From positions 17,816 through 81,815 of the forward strand of contig CAZSHX010000008.1 in the NCBI GenBank assembly GCA_964606895.1: DNA of 64,000 nucleotides, written 5' to 3'. The number at the start of each line of letters is the position of its first letter. Position 1 is the stretch's first letter. A model generated the notes under the pieces. The model worked only from the letters and a program-made list of their open reading frames with translations, searched no databases and was not told the DNA's origin. A program made the translations under genes and the position numbers. Of the stretch, positions 17,515-28,700 are shown piece by piece. The DNA comes from an uncultured Hyphomicrobiales bacterium (GTDB lineage: Bacteria > Bacteroidota > Ignavibacteria > Kapaibacteriales > UBA2268).

Positions 17515-19683
17515 TTACTTTTTCTTTTCGATTGGAATCGGCACATCTTTTTTGGTAGAATCTTTCTTGTCATCAGGCTCTTTGATAGGTGTATCTTTTT
17601 TGGTTGAATCTTTATTTGAATCAAACATTTTCAAAGGATTTTTGGGCAGATTTATTTCCGGTTTTATTAGATCGGGATTCAGAATTGCATCTTTTGCCTT
17701 TTGAAAAACACTTGTCGGATCTTTAAAGACTTCCATCGGGTCAAATCCAATCTTTCCGGGACCATCTTTTTTCTTGTCCATAGGCGATACTTTTGCAGTC
17801 TGCTCCAATTTTATTACCGGAGCTTGAGGCTTTTTGGTTTGTGCCCTGACTTTTAATGAATCCGGTATAGGTTTACCGCTTCTAACTATAAGAAGATAAT
17901 TCACTGAAAGCTGAACATCCTTCGCATATTCTGATGTAGGATATTTTTCAATTAGCTTTTGATAATAAAAAAGAGCACTGTCAATATTTTTGATATTTTT
18001 TTCAAATACCCAGCCCAATGCGTAAAGAGATCTTGGAGCGAAGTCTGAACCAGGGTACTGATACCAAATCTTTTGAAATTGGGTTACGGCAAAGGTATAT
18101 TCTTTACTTTCTCTGAGTTTGTTGCCGGAACGATAGAGGTCAGCAATTGTGTCAATAACAAAATATTCTGTATATCCTTGTTTCTGAAGAGCTTCCTTTC
18201 CGAAATCGGTATCGGGATATTTATCCACAAGAACTTCCATTAACGAATCCGCTAAAATCGGATCAGTATCTTTGGCTATTCTGGAATAAGCATAAAGATA
18301 TCTGGATGTTTGTTTATTTTTCTTAGGGGACATTTCTGCCGAAGATTTGTAATACACTAAAGCAGAATCTTTATTTCCCAACTCCTCATGAACCCTCCCA
18401 AGTTCAAACCGGTTTAATGCAAGTGCGGCTTGAATTGTATCATTAGGAGTTTCTCCCGGTTTGAATTTTTTTAATGTCTGTTCTTCAAAAGTATGTTTCT
18501 GTTCCCAAGTATTCAACAAGTAAAACAGTCGTTCGGATGCAGAATAAAATTGTGTTTTTTGGTTGCGGGTTCTTGCAAAATATTTTCTTGCTGTCGGATA
18601 GTCCTTAATCTTATAAGCATCAACACCTTTTTCGAAATAATAGGATAGTATTGATGGATTGTTGACAAAAGCAGAATCAGAATATTTTTCAAGTACGGTT
18701 AACTCTTTTTCTTTATTCTGAAATTTCAACGATGTTAGTCTTGCCGTAAATACATAAGCTTTCCATTCTGTGTACTTCCCGTCATCTTCAAGGTCAGCAA
18801 GTATTTTTTCAGCTTCTTCGTATCTGCCAATTCTAATCAAACTCATGCTTCTATAAAGTTTTGCTTCAAAATCAGACTGATAATCAGGGCTGTATTTCTG
18901 AACTTTGGCAAATGCTCTTTCAGCTTCAGGAAATTTACCAATTTTATAATAAATGGAAGCCATATCCACTTGCCATTTGGCTTTTTGTTCGTTATCGTCG
19001 CATTGGGCAATTGCCTGTCTGTATGGCTTTACCGCCGCTTCGATGTCATGCTCAAATATTGCAAGATCTGCCTGAAGTCTGAATGCCTGCGATAAAATGT
19101 CATATCTTTTCTTTTGCCATGCAATATCAACAGTTCGGGAGAGCATATTTTTGCCTGCAAAGAACCGACGCTGAATTAACATATTCTCGGCAAAAAGAAG
19201 ATGGGCATCGGGAGATAAATCTCCTGCAGGAAATTTATCTATCAGTTCACCGCACTTAATCTGTGATGGGAGCCATTCATTCCTGTAGAAATATGCTTTA
19301 GCCATGAGAAATAGCGCACCTTCGATATAATCGCTTTGACCATGATTTGCAAGAATCTTGGAGCCTTTTATTATAACAGAATCAAGTTTGATTTTAACAG
19401 GTTGTAATTTTTGCTGTTCAACAACAAATTCAGTCATGAACGGTGGCGGACCCGATTTTGGAACAGTTGGAGTATAATTCTGAGGTTCAGGAATGATTAC
19501 ACGTGGCGTAACACGTTTTTTTTCTTCCTGATAGAGGAACTCATCTTCGGATTCACGGATAAGCCTTGTGGCATTATAATAAGTATTAAAATAGGTTGTG
19601 AAATTGTCATAAGGACTACACCCGTAAAGCATAGCCATCAACAAAGCACAAAAAATACTCTTTTTCATATTTGAAAATTCCAT
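17515..19683 (-). CDS. TPR-repeat lipoprotein (alternative start at 19668)
   Basis: It has a lipobox (LLMAMLYGCSP) and many TPR-like 34-aa repeats (AxxYY..G.Y..A...F). The C-terminus is Lys-rich and repetitive (KKDTPIKEPDDKKDSTKKDVPIP). A PorW/SprE-like role is possible but not supportable from sequence alone. Confidence 0.65.
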   Translation of the reverse strand: MEFSNMKKSIFCALLMAMLYGCSPYDNFTTYFNTYYNATRLIRESEDEFLYQEEKKRVTPRVIIPEPQNYTPTVPKSGPPPFMTEFVVEQQKLQPVKIKLDSVIIKGSKILANHGQSDYIEGALFLMAKAYFYRNEWLPSQIKCGELIDKFPAGDLSPDAHLLFAENMLIQRRFFAGKNMLSRTVDIAWQKKRYDILSQAFRLQADLAIFEHDIEAAVKPYRQAIAQCDDNEQKAKWQVDMASIYYKIGKFPEAERAFAKVQKYSPDYQSDFEAKLYRSMSLIRIGRYEEAEKILADLEDDGKYTEWKAYVFTARLTSLKFQNKEKELTVLEKYSDSAFVNNPSILSYYFEKGVDAYKIKDYPTARKYFARTRNQKTQFYSASERLFYLLNTWEQKHTFEEQTLKKFKPGETPNDTIQAALALNRFELGRVHEELGNKDSALVYYKSSAEMSPKKNKQTSRYLYAYSRIAKDTDPILADSLMEVLVDKYPDTDFGKEALQKQGYTEYFVIDTIADLYRSGNKLRESKEYTFAVTQFQKIWYQYPGSDFAPRSLYALGWVFEKNIKNIDSALFYYQKLIEKYPTSEYAKDVQLSVNYLLIVRSGKPIPDSLKVRAQTKKPQAPVIKLEQTAKVSPMDKKKDGPGKIGFDPMEVFKDPTSVFQKAKDAILNPDLIKPEINLPKNPLKMFDSNKDSTKKDTPIKEPDDKKDSTKKDVPIPIEKKK

Positions 19684-19823
19684 AATTTATTCAGTAATAT
19701 TTCTAAAAAGAGTAAAAACTGACATTCGCCACCAATTAATAATCAAAATTACAATTTACCAAAGTTCAATATAGGAAATTTGGCTAATATTAGCAACGAT
19801 GATTTATATTTATTATTGCAGAA

Positions 19824-20222
19824 CTAGTTTACACTTCTTTTGAAGGCTGATTTGATGAAACTTCCAAAAGATAATGAATTTTCCAAATCCTGTGTCAGTT
19901 CTGCTTGTGGAGTTTGAATTCGGGATGGTCTTTTTGTTTCCGATGTGAAGGAAGGAATTGGTCTTTCATTTGGAGAAAGGTCTGCTAAGGTATTGATATT
20001 ATGGTCAGTAGCACCGACAAGAAGTGTTTGTTCTCCGGCTTTTATAAGATATATATGCGATTTCGGCTGAAGGGAAATCTTTGAAATGATTTGTAAATCT
20101 ATCTGATTTTCAATTTTCTTATTTTTTTTAATGACTTTTTTAAGGACAAATAAAATCAATCCCAAAAAGCCAACAACTCCTGCTAAAGTAGCAAATGCTT
20201 TCATTAATGATGCATCCGGCAT
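19824..20222 (-). CDS. fliO: Flagellar biosynthesis protein FliO-like
   Basis: It has a single TM helix (AFATLAGVVGFLGLILFVL) followed by the conserved-type segment ISLQPKSHIYLIKAGEQTLLVGATDHNINTLADL. Its position directly after fliN supports the call. Confidence 0.6.
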   Translation of the reverse strand: MPDASLMKAFATLAGVVGFLGLILFVLKKVIKKNKKIENQIDLQIISKISLQPKSHIYLIKAGEQTLLVGATDHNINTLADLSPNERPIPSFTSETKRPSRIQTPQAELTQDLENSLSFGSFIKSAFKRSVN

Positions 20223-20255
20223 AATAATTCTTCCTGAATATTATAAAAAACAAAA

Positions 20256-20675
20256 CTATTTCTTGGCGGCTCTGAGTCTGTCAGTCGGATTAATCAAAGT
20301 CGTAATCCTTATACCAAAATGCTTATCTATCACAACAACTTCGCCTTCGGCTACTTTCTTTCCGTTTATCAGAATGTCCACGGGTTCGCTTACTAATTTA
20401 TCAAACTCAATAACCGAACCTCTGCCGAGTCTGAGAATATCACGGATAAGCATATTTGTTCTGCCAAGTTCAATCGAAATCGGGAGCTGTAAATCATAAA
20501 GCAATTCCAACTTTGGGTCAAGCGGAGAATAAATTGTGGACTTGCTTCCCGTTTCTATCTCAGGAAAATCCGGAGTATCAATTTCAGCAGAATCACCATC
20601 GGCAAAGCCTGAATCTTCTTTATCCATTCCGCCTCCACTAATAAGGGCATCTATTTCTTCTTGTGTCATTGACAT
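20256..20675 (-). CDS. fliN: Flagellar motor switch protein FliN
   Basis: The C-terminal SpoA-type domain reads ELGRTNMLIRDILRLGRGSVIEFDKLVSEPVDILINGKKVAEGEVVVIDKHFGIRIT. Confidence 0.9.
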   Translation of the reverse strand: MSMTQEEIDALISGGGMDKEDSGFADGDSAEIDTPDFPEIETGSKSTIYSPLDPKLELLYDLQLPISIELGRTNMLIRDILRLGRGSVIEFDKLVSEPVDILINGKKVAEGEVVVIDKHFGIRITTLINPTDRLRAAKK

Positions 20676-20677
20676 GA

Positions 20678-21709
20678 CTATTCCTCCGATTTATAAAAAA
20701 TGTTTTCGTCTTCAAGGTCTTCATCATCTAAGATTCTGTTAATTCTGACAGCTTTTTTGCCATCAACACTACCCGGTCGTGCGGCAAGCTTTCTCCTGCC
20801 TGCAACCATTATCTCAATTTCCTGATTTATTCTTTTCTTTAGTTTTATTACGTCCCCAACCTGCAAATGAGTAAGCTCTCTAACCGTTATAGCGGCTTTA
20901 CCGAGTTCGGCTAATATTGGCAAATATGTACTCGATATCTGCTGGTGAAGTACTTCAATGTTTTCTTTCATCTTTTGTGGAGTCTGCCTTACTACCGAAG
21001 TTGTTACCAACTGTCTGTTTAGCCGAGCCAGCACATCTTCAAGGGCAAATGTCGGGAAACAAAGATTCATTAAGTAAGTGTGCATTCCGATGTTCACATC
21101 GAAAGAAACCACAACAACAATTTCCGAAGATGGTGCAATCTGAACAAAATCAGCTTCCATTTCGAGTCTTTGGTATTTGAAATTCAGATCGGCTATTGCT
21201 TTCCATGAATTCTGCAAATCGCTTAGTGCATGCTCAACCACTCCGCGAATAACTGCTTGTTCAATTGGCGTAATGGAACGGGGTTTGGACTGAATATCAG
21301 CCGAACCGCCCAAAAGTCTTTCGATAATAGTAAGTGCAAGCTGAGGACTAACTTCCATGATTCCATTACCATCAGTGCCTTCAATCTCAAAAACATAAAG
21401 ACAGCTTGGGTTAGAAACTGAAAGAATAAATTCGGAATAAAATAATTGGTCAACAGAAGTTACTGAGATTGTTACAATAGTTTGGAGCTTTGAAACGAGG
21501 TAATAACCGAAAATTTCCGAAAAACTTTCATGAACAGTTTGGAGAGTACGAACCTGATTTTTTGAAATTCGGTTTGGACGACGGAAATCATAATTAGCAA
21601 TATCTGATTTTTTAAGCTTACCGCTTATAAAATCATCAACGTCAACCGCTCCCGAAGTCATTTCGTTGAGTAGGCTGTCTATTTCAGTTTGTGACAGAAC
21701 ATCCGACAT
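20678..21709 (-). CDS. fliM: Flagellar motor switch protein FliM
   Basis: The N-terminal CheY-P binding motif LSQTEIDSLL is present. Length (343 aa) and the fliL-fliM-fliN gene order also fit. Confidence 0.9.
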   Translation of the reverse strand: MSDVLSQTEIDSLLNEMTSGAVDVDDFISGKLKKSDIANYDFRRPNRISKNQVRTLQTVHESFSEIFGYYLVSKLQTIVTISVTSVDQLFYSEFILSVSNPSCLYVFEIEGTDGNGIMEVSPQLALTIIERLLGGSADIQSKPRSITPIEQAVIRGVVEHALSDLQNSWKAIADLNFKYQRLEMEADFVQIAPSSEIVVVVSFDVNIGMHTYLMNLCFPTFALEDVLARLNRQLVTTSVVRQTPQKMKENIEVLHQQISSTYLPILAELGKAAITVRELTHLQVGDVIKLKKRINQEIEIMVAGRRKLAARPGSVDGKKAVRINRILDDEDLEDENIFYKSEE

Positions 21710-21773
21710 AGTTTTGTTTCAATTAGTGCATCCATGCTTAAAATCGTCAAAATCGAGAAATGCAGTTCAAATA

Positions 21774-22424
21774 CTATTCTTGAAGAATAAACTCAAGAAG
21801 AATAACATCTTTGATGAACATTTCATTTTCTCTGAAAACAGGCTTTACATTCATCTTTATCATTGAAGGCAAAGAATCTCTCCTTGCCTGAAGCTCTTCA
21901 ACAGATAAAGAACCGAGAACTCTTGTTACATTGGCTTTAAGTTGAGCATAAGATTTTGTGGATAGTAAAGTGGGATTTCCTCCCCCACCTTCAGGTCCGG
22001 CTTCTTTTGCTTCCTTGGCTTTCTCAACTTTCAATTCCTTTAAATGGTCTTCACTTTTAGGAAAATATACAACCCCAATATTAACAACAACGAACTGAGT
22101 TGAGTTGCGAGGATTAGTAGTGATTCTTCCCATTTCGAAATATTGAGCAATCTTTTCATTTTCTTTGAAAAAGTCGCGTTCCCAATTTTTATTTACCACA
22201 GCAGGTTTTGGTTTTTCCTCTTGTTTAGCCACGCCAAGATTTTGAACTATATAAGGCAGGAACAAAAATCTGACAGCAACAATGATAATAACCAGAGAAC
22301 CAAGAATTATACCTAAAAGCACAGGCATAGAAATACCGCCAGAACTTTGCTTTTTGGGCTTTTCCGGTTGTGGTTCAGGTTGTTCGCCCTCTACAGTAGC
22401 TTCTTTTTCCTTATTCTTTGCCAT
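21774..22424 (-). CDS. fliL: Flagellar basal-body-associated protein FliL
   Basis: It has a charged N-terminus, a single TM helix (ISMPVLLGIILGSLVIIIVAV) and a C-terminal FliL-type domain (ITTNPRNSTQFVVVNIGVVY...). It lies upstream of fliM. Confidence 0.75.
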   Translation of the reverse strand: MAKNKEKEATVEGEQPEPQPEKPKKQSSGGISMPVLLGIILGSLVIIIVAVRFLFLPYIVQNLGVAKQEEKPKPAVVNKNWERDFFKENEKIAQYFEMGRITTNPRNSTQFVVVNIGVVYFPKSEDHLKELKVEKAKEAKEAGPEGGGGNPTLLSTKSYAQLKANVTRVLGSLSVEELQARRDSLPSMIKMNVKPVFRENEMFIKDVILLEFILQE

Positions 22425-22468
22425 ATTACAATCAAAAAGTAAAAATCAATTTAATTATCCGAAATTAA

Positions 22469-22495
22469 TTATCGGCAATGTTTTGAAAAACATTA
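22469..22495 (-). promoter_or_regulatory. Candidate sigma-28 (FliA) promoter for fliLMNO
   Basis: The minus strand reads TAATGTTT-N11-GCCGATAA (22495..22469), against the enterobacterial consensus TAAAGTTT-N11-GCCGATAA. The -10 element ends 45 nt upstream of the fliL ATG. Confidence 0.55.
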
Positions 22496-22646
22496 ACCAA
22501 ATTATCTATATAAAAAATAGTGCCAAATACTTCAACAATCCGTAAGTCTTTTAAAATCATCAAACACGAATAATAACTAAAAATTTGAATAAAAATAATC
22601 CTTAGTTCGAAATAATATTTTGTTCAATATTAAACATCTATTTGAC

Positions 22647-23990
22647 CTACTGAATATTATTGACATCTTTTCTGCCGATACAAAAATACTCAAATCCTGC
22701 ATTTGCAATTTCCTTCGGATTGTAAAGATTTCTTCCGTCAAAAATTATCTTCTGTTTTAATGACTCATGAAGTTTGTTGAAATCAGGATTTCTGAAAACC
22801 GTCCATTCAGTTGCAATAACTAAAGCATCGGCATTTTCAAGGCAGTGATACATATCATTGGCATACTCAATTTGATTGCCGAATTTAAGTTTGGTGTTTT
22901 CTACTGCTTCTGGGTCATAAGCTGAAATCGTGCAACCAAGTTCAAGTAGTTTGTTAATTATCAAAAAAGGAGGAGCTTCGCGAGTGTCGTCTGTGTCAGG
23001 CTTGAATGCCAAACCCCATAATGCAACTTTCTTGCCTTTTAAATCGCCTCCAAAACGGTTAATGATTTTGGCGATAAATCTGTTTGTTTGTTTCTCGTTC
23101 ACCGACCATGCCGATTTAACCACATCGAGTGAAAAACCGACTTGTTCGGCTGAATGGATTAAAGCCCGCACATCTTTCGGGAAACAAGAACCACCATAGC
23201 CAATACCTGCGAATAAAAATCTTTTGCCGATTCTGCTGTCCGAACCAATGCCAAGCCTGATATTCTCAATATCTGCCCCTACGAGTTCACAATATCCGGA
23301 CAAATCATTCATAAAAGAAATCTTTGTTGCCAGAAATGAATTAGCCGCATATTTTGTTACTTCAGCAGATTTGACATCCATAATATAAATTGGATTGCCG
23401 CTACGCAAAAAAGGCTTGTACAAATCTCTCATCACTTCAGCAACGTATTCGCTATCAGTTCCGACAACGACTCTTTCGGGTTTCATTGCATCTTCGATTG
23501 CAAATCCTTCTCTCAAAAATTCGGGATTGCTTGCCACTTCAATGCTGTTTTCCAGAAGAATGCTGTCTATTAAGTTTCTGATTCTTTCAACGGTTCCGAC
23601 AGGTACAGTGCTTTTATTAACCAGAATTCTCTTTTCGGTAATGCTATTCTTTTTAATTATTTCGGAAATATCTCTGACAACTTTCAAAACATGCTGTAAA
23701 TCTGCCGAGCCGTCTTCGTTTGGCGGAGTTGGCAGGCACAAGAAAATAATGGTGCAATTTTTTACCGCATCTTCCAAATCCATCGAAAAATGCAATCTTC
23801 CTTCTTTAATATTCCTTTGAAGAAGCAAATCAAGTCCGGGCTCATAAATTGGCGAAATCCCTTTTTTCAGTTTTTCAATTTTTTCCTCTATAATATCTAT
23901 ACAAGTAATATTGTTTCCTGTTGCCGCAAAGCAAGTACCACTAACCAAACCTACGTATCCTGTTCCGATAACGCTAATATTATAAGACAT
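22647..23990 (-). CDS. ugd: UDP-glucose 6-dehydrogenase
   Basis: The N-terminal Rossmann motif is VIGTGYVGLVSG and the catalytic-Cys motif is GGSCFPKD. Length is 447 aa. Confidence 0.9.
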   Translation of the reverse strand: MSYNISVIGTGYVGLVSGTCFAATGNNITCIDIIEEKIEKLKKGISPIYEPGLDLLLQRNIKEGRLHFSMDLEDAVKNCTIIFLCLPTPPNEDGSADLQHVLKVVRDISEIIKKNSITEKRILVNKSTVPVGTVERIRNLIDSILLENSIEVASNPEFLREGFAIEDAMKPERVVVGTDSEYVAEVMRDLYKPFLRSGNPIYIMDVKSAEVTKYAANSFLATKISFMNDLSGYCELVGADIENIRLGIGSDSRIGKRFLFAGIGYGGSCFPKDVRALIHSAEQVGFSLDVVKSAWSVNEKQTNRFIAKIINRFGGDLKGKKVALWGLAFKPDTDDTREAPPFLIINKLLELGCTISAYDPEAVENTKLKFGNQIEYANDMYHCLENADALVIATEWTVFRNPDFNKLHESLKQKIIFDGRNLYNPKEIANAGFEYFCIGRKDVNNIQ

Positions 23991-24019
23991 AAACTCTCCG
24001 TAATAATCTGAAATTTAAT

Positions 24020-25417
24020 TTAAAATGCCAATTTCAAATTTGGCATGATTTTCTTGATTGCTTCCTGTTCGCTTTCGGGGAATTGGTTTTTTCTAAGCTG
24101 AATAGCCTTTAAATTTCCAAGTTTTTCGAAATTCGGAGGAAGTTTTGTTAATTTATTTGAATTTATTGAAAGGCTTCTCAGGCTCTTCAGATTTGAAAAA
24201 TCGTCAGGAAGCTGGTCAATTTCATTATTGTCAAGTTTAAGTGTTTGTAAATTTTCTAATGCTGTAACAGGATTGACTGATTTTAATTTATTTCTTGATA
24301 AATCTAAAGAATTCAGGCTTTTCATACCTGACAAACCTTGTGGGATTTCTGTGATTTCGCATCCGGTTGCTTCAAGAACCTTCAGCTTCGAAAGATTTCC
24401 CAAACCTGCAGGTAGTTTTCCTAATTTACTATTACTGATAACGAGTTTTGTCAAATTCGGAATTTTGAATACCTGAGATGGCAATTCAGTAGAAATATTA
24501 TTGGAGATATTCAATGTTTCGAGTTTTAAAAGGTTTGAAACACTTTCAGGAATAGAAGAAATTTTATTAGAGTTAATTTGAAGCGATTTTAATGAAGACA
24601 AATTTCCGATTTCCTGAGGGAGGGATGTTAAATTATTTTTATCAAGGTCGAGTTCGTTAAGATTTTTCAATTTGCCGATTTCTTTTGGAATTGAGGTTAG
24701 TTTATTCCCTTCTAAATTCAATTTCTTTAGGTTTGTCAGATTTCCAATCGAACCGGGTAGTTCCTTCAGATTGTTCGAAGCCATGCTCAAATTTTCAATA
24801 GCAGGAATATTATCAACAGATTCGGGGAATACCTCGAATTTATTATTATCCAAATATAACTCTTTCAATAATTTCAAATTTGAAAGTTCAGCGGGCAAAG
24901 TATTAAGTTCATTTTTGTTTAGTCTGAGTATTTTCAAATTGGTAATGTTTCCGATACTTGCCGGAACATTGGCGATTTTGTTATCTGATATTTCAATACT
25001 AACAAGACTTGGGCATTGAGATAAAACAGCTGGTAACTCTTTGAATGAATTCCTTGACAGCTTGATATCTTTCAAATTTTTTAATGCCGAAAGTTCGTTG
25101 GGCAAAGATGATAACTGATTGTTTGAAAGGTCGAGAGATTCAAGGACAACAAATTCAGAAATCTTTGAAGACAGTTCAGTTAGTTTTTTACCAGCCAATG
25201 ACAATCTTTTCAAACTAGCCGCATCTTTAAGTGCTTCGTCAATTGATTCGAAACCACCTGTACGCACTGGTCTTGGTTTGTTTGTAGTCGTCGTTTCTTT
25301 CTGTTCGGTCTTATTAGCCGGTTTGTCTTTTTTCTCGGCGATTTTTGATTTAGTTTGAGCGTTAACAGCAAATACTGTTATCAACATCAAAAGAATAATT
25401 TTAATAAATGCCTTCAT
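24020..25417 (-). CDS. Secreted leucine-rich-repeat (LRR) protein
   Basis: A signal peptide is followed by about 15 tandem 23-aa LRRs (LxxLxxLxLxxNxLxxLPxxIgx). Confidence 0.85.
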   Translation of the reverse strand: MKAFIKIILLMLITVFAVNAQTKSKIAEKKDKPANKTEQKETTTTNKPRPVRTGGFESIDEALKDAASLKRLSLAGKKLTELSSKISEFVVLESLDLSNNQLSSLPNELSALKNLKDIKLSRNSFKELPAVLSQCPSLVSIEISDNKIANVPASIGNITNLKILRLNKNELNTLPAELSNLKLLKELYLDNNKFEVFPESVDNIPAIENLSMASNNLKELPGSIGNLTNLKKLNLEGNKLTSIPKEIGKLKNLNELDLDKNNLTSLPQEIGNLSSLKSLQINSNKISSIPESVSNLLKLETLNISNNISTELPSQVFKIPNLTKLVISNSKLGKLPAGLGNLSKLKVLEATGCEITEIPQGLSGMKSLNSLDLSRNKLKSVNPVTALENLQTLKLDNNEIDQLPDDFSNLKSLRSLSINSNKLTKLPPNFEKLGNLKAIQLRKNQFPESEQEAIKKIMPNLKLAF

Positions 25418-25727
25418 CTAAATACTCCGTAAAGTAAACAATATATATTACACATAAAGAAGAAATAAGACTCAGGAAAGTTGGAATTATTTTATTTTCA
25501 CCTGAAATCTATATGTCGAATAAAAGCCAAAAAATTAAATTAGCGTCTTCAATATCTGAAATTATTTATTTTACAAAAACTAAAAACTATTAATGCTTTA
25601 CTTGTATATTTTACAAGTATTTTTAACAAAATTTAAATTATTTTAGAAATTTTTGTAACAAAATGCGGTTTTATTTGTTATGTCCTTATACGAAATTGAC
25701 AAAGTCAAAATACATTTTGGGAAAGAT

Positions 25728-28700
25728 ATGAAAAAATTCATACTTGTTGCTCTTTTGGTTTTAATCTCGCTTCCTTTGTACTCTAAGAACGGGGACGCGT
25801 CTCTCTTGCCTGGAATGATTGGTGCAAATAATGCAGGAAAAGAATTCTGGTTCAGCGTTCCGCCATGCTTCGAATCCGATGTTAGTTATCCGAACCTAAT
25901 TAAAATATATGTTACATCTAATGTTAAAACTCTTGTAACGGTTGAGGTCCCGGGAAAAGGATATTTCAAAGCAAGTTATACCTTACCGAATGATGTTATT
26001 GATTTCAGTATAACTTCTGCACAGGGACAGCCTTTCTCCAAAAATCCCACCGATGAGAATGTGGCTGAAACTGTTTTTCAAAATGCCGGTATCTATGTTT
26101 ACGCTGACGACCCGATTATTGTGTATTGTGTTGTTAGATACCGTGTGACAACTGAAGGTTTCATGGTAATTCCTGTTTCTTCGCTCGGCAGAGAGTATAT
26201 CGTTGCAGGACATCCTGTGGATGCGATGTTCAGAGCAATTAACGAATATAAAATGCCATGCGTTACTACTGTTACCGCACCTTTTGATGATACAAAAATA
26301 AGGTTTACTCTTGGAGGAACCGCATTTACTAAAACCAAAGGCGGCATGAAACCTGGAGAAGTAAAAGAATGGTCACTGATGAAAGGCGATGTTTTTGCAA
26401 TTTCGGCAGATACCGACGAAGGGGATTTGTCCGGCAGTAAAGTTGTATCCACAAAACCTGTGGCAGTTACTACCGGGAATATGTTGGCTAACATCCCTAC
26501 AGGAAATGTATGGGGTGGTTACACTGCCGAAATGGATATGCCCACATTTACCTGGGGCAAGAATATTCATGTCGGGAAAATTCCATACAGAAAATACGCA
26601 TCTATTATCAGAGTTTTTGCAAAAGAACCAAATACCAAAATTTTCAGGAATGGTAAAAATATTGGAACCATCGCAACATCAGGAGGAATTTTGGGTAAGG
26701 GTTTCATGGAGATGCGAATGACTCAGGATGGTAACCCCGGTTCTGTTGTTATCTCAAGCGACCAACCAATTAGCGTGACGCTCTACAATACCGGCGTTCA
26801 GGAAGATGGCGAACCTCTGCCAAAATGTGCCCCCTTCGTAATGTCTTCCATACCTGTTGAACAGTACCAAAAAGAAATATTCTTTTGCACTCCGAGAGTT
26901 AGTTCTGATTCTAATTCCGGGGAGAATTATGTTAATCTGGTTTATGAGACAGATTCTTTGGGGATGATGCCGGATGATATGGAAATAGCCGGACCTGTTC
27001 ATGGCGAAGCATTTGTCTGGAAAAAAGTATGGGATGAATTTCCCGGCATGGATGAACTATTTAAATATGATGTTAACGGTAAAAAATATGCATTAAAGAC
27101 GATTCAGCTGACCGGAAACGGAGTTTACAGCATCCGTTCCAAAACTCCTTTTGCCGCTTATGGCTTCGGTTTTGATTCTCTGAATTCCTATGGCTATCCG
27201 CTGTCAGCGGCTCTTGCCACTATGGAAGAACTGACAGATACTCTTCCTCCTGTGCCGAAATATACAAGGTGCTGTTGTGATGGGAATATTACTGACGGCG
27301 TTGTCACTGATATGCCTGAGGACAAAGCAATTCGTTCAAATCTTTCAACAATAGTATTTCAATCTGATGTCAGTTTCAATTATGTTTTTAAATATGTTGA
27401 CTTTATTCCCGGGGATACAAGAACAACAAACTGGATACTTCAGGTCGTTGACCCATTAAAAGATGCACAAGCAGTTATAACATTTGCCGACAGAAGAGGC
27501 AATGACACAACGATTAAAATAAATTATTATGCACCAAAATACACAATCAGACCTAATCCTGTTGATTTCGGAATCATCAAAATCGGCGAAGAAAAAACAG
27601 TTGATTTCCATGCTATAAACATATCCTCAGAATCCGCAGTCATAATAGAGTTTTTCAATTTGGCATCTTCACCAAAGGGTTTTTCATTAACCGGTCCATC
27701 TGTTCCATTTATCATTCCCCCAAATGATTCAATAAACTTTCAAGTGAAATTTACGGCTACAACCGGAGGTACTTTTAAGAATTCCATATCAATCGCCGAT
27801 TCATGTCATATTCCTACATTTGTATTTTTAACCGCAACAGTTGAGTATCCAATTATTTATGTCACTAACGTTAATTATTATCCTGTAACCACTGGAAATA
27901 CTGCAACAAAAGAATTTCAGATTACTAATGAAGGTACTCTTGATTTGACAATTACAGGTTATACCGGACCAAGTAATAATGTATTTACAACAAGTCTTCC
28001 ATATATTGATGCATCAAATCCATGGATTTTATTGCCAAAAGAAAGCAAAACTATCATGATAACTTTCAACCCGACCTCAATCGGTAAATTTACGGATAGG
28101 ATTACTTTCATCAGCGATGCAGATACAAACCGGAAAAACTATTGCCTTATAAACGGAGAGGCTTCAATCCCCGGTTTAAAAGCCAATAGCTATGATTGGT
28201 TTAACCGAAAGATTAACGGCACATACCCGCCCGACAACGACGAAAAGGTAATCACTCTTCTTAATGACGGAGCTGATGATGTTACCATAAGCGGGATTAA
28301 AATTGTTTCGTATTTAATCGGTGAATCCTTTGAATTTGACAAAGATAAATTTACCGGAATGGTTATCAAAAAAAGTGAATCTGCTTATGTGCCGGTTGTT
28401 TTCCATCCAGTGCAGACAGGACAACATGAATTGATAATATTTTACAATAATACGTCCGGCAGTTCTCCTACAACCGTTTTACGCGGTTATGGAACACTCC
28501 TGAATTCAATTACTGATTTATTTAATTCGGGAATTAATATCATCACGCAAAACGAACAGTTGCTCATTGAATTACCGGAAAATACTTCGGGTGATTTTTC
28601 TGTTTCAATTTTTGATTTGAAAGGTACGCAAGTTTATGCGAAAAAAGATATTCCGGCAACTTTCTCAAACCGGATAATTATAGATTGCGGTGCTTTTGTC

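Noticed and set aside
20131-21453. Several 60-120-aa antisense or alternative-frame ORFs within fliO/fliN/fliM
   Set aside because: They overlap genes with strong family motifs (FliM LSQTEIDSLL, FliN SpoA domain) and have no independent support.
22520-22526. Sigma-54 -24-like element TTGGCAC on the minus strand about 100 nt upstream of fliL
   Set aside because: The -12 position reads TTTA instead of the conserved TTGC (no GC dinucleotide). The much better sigma-28 match closer to the start explains the promoter.
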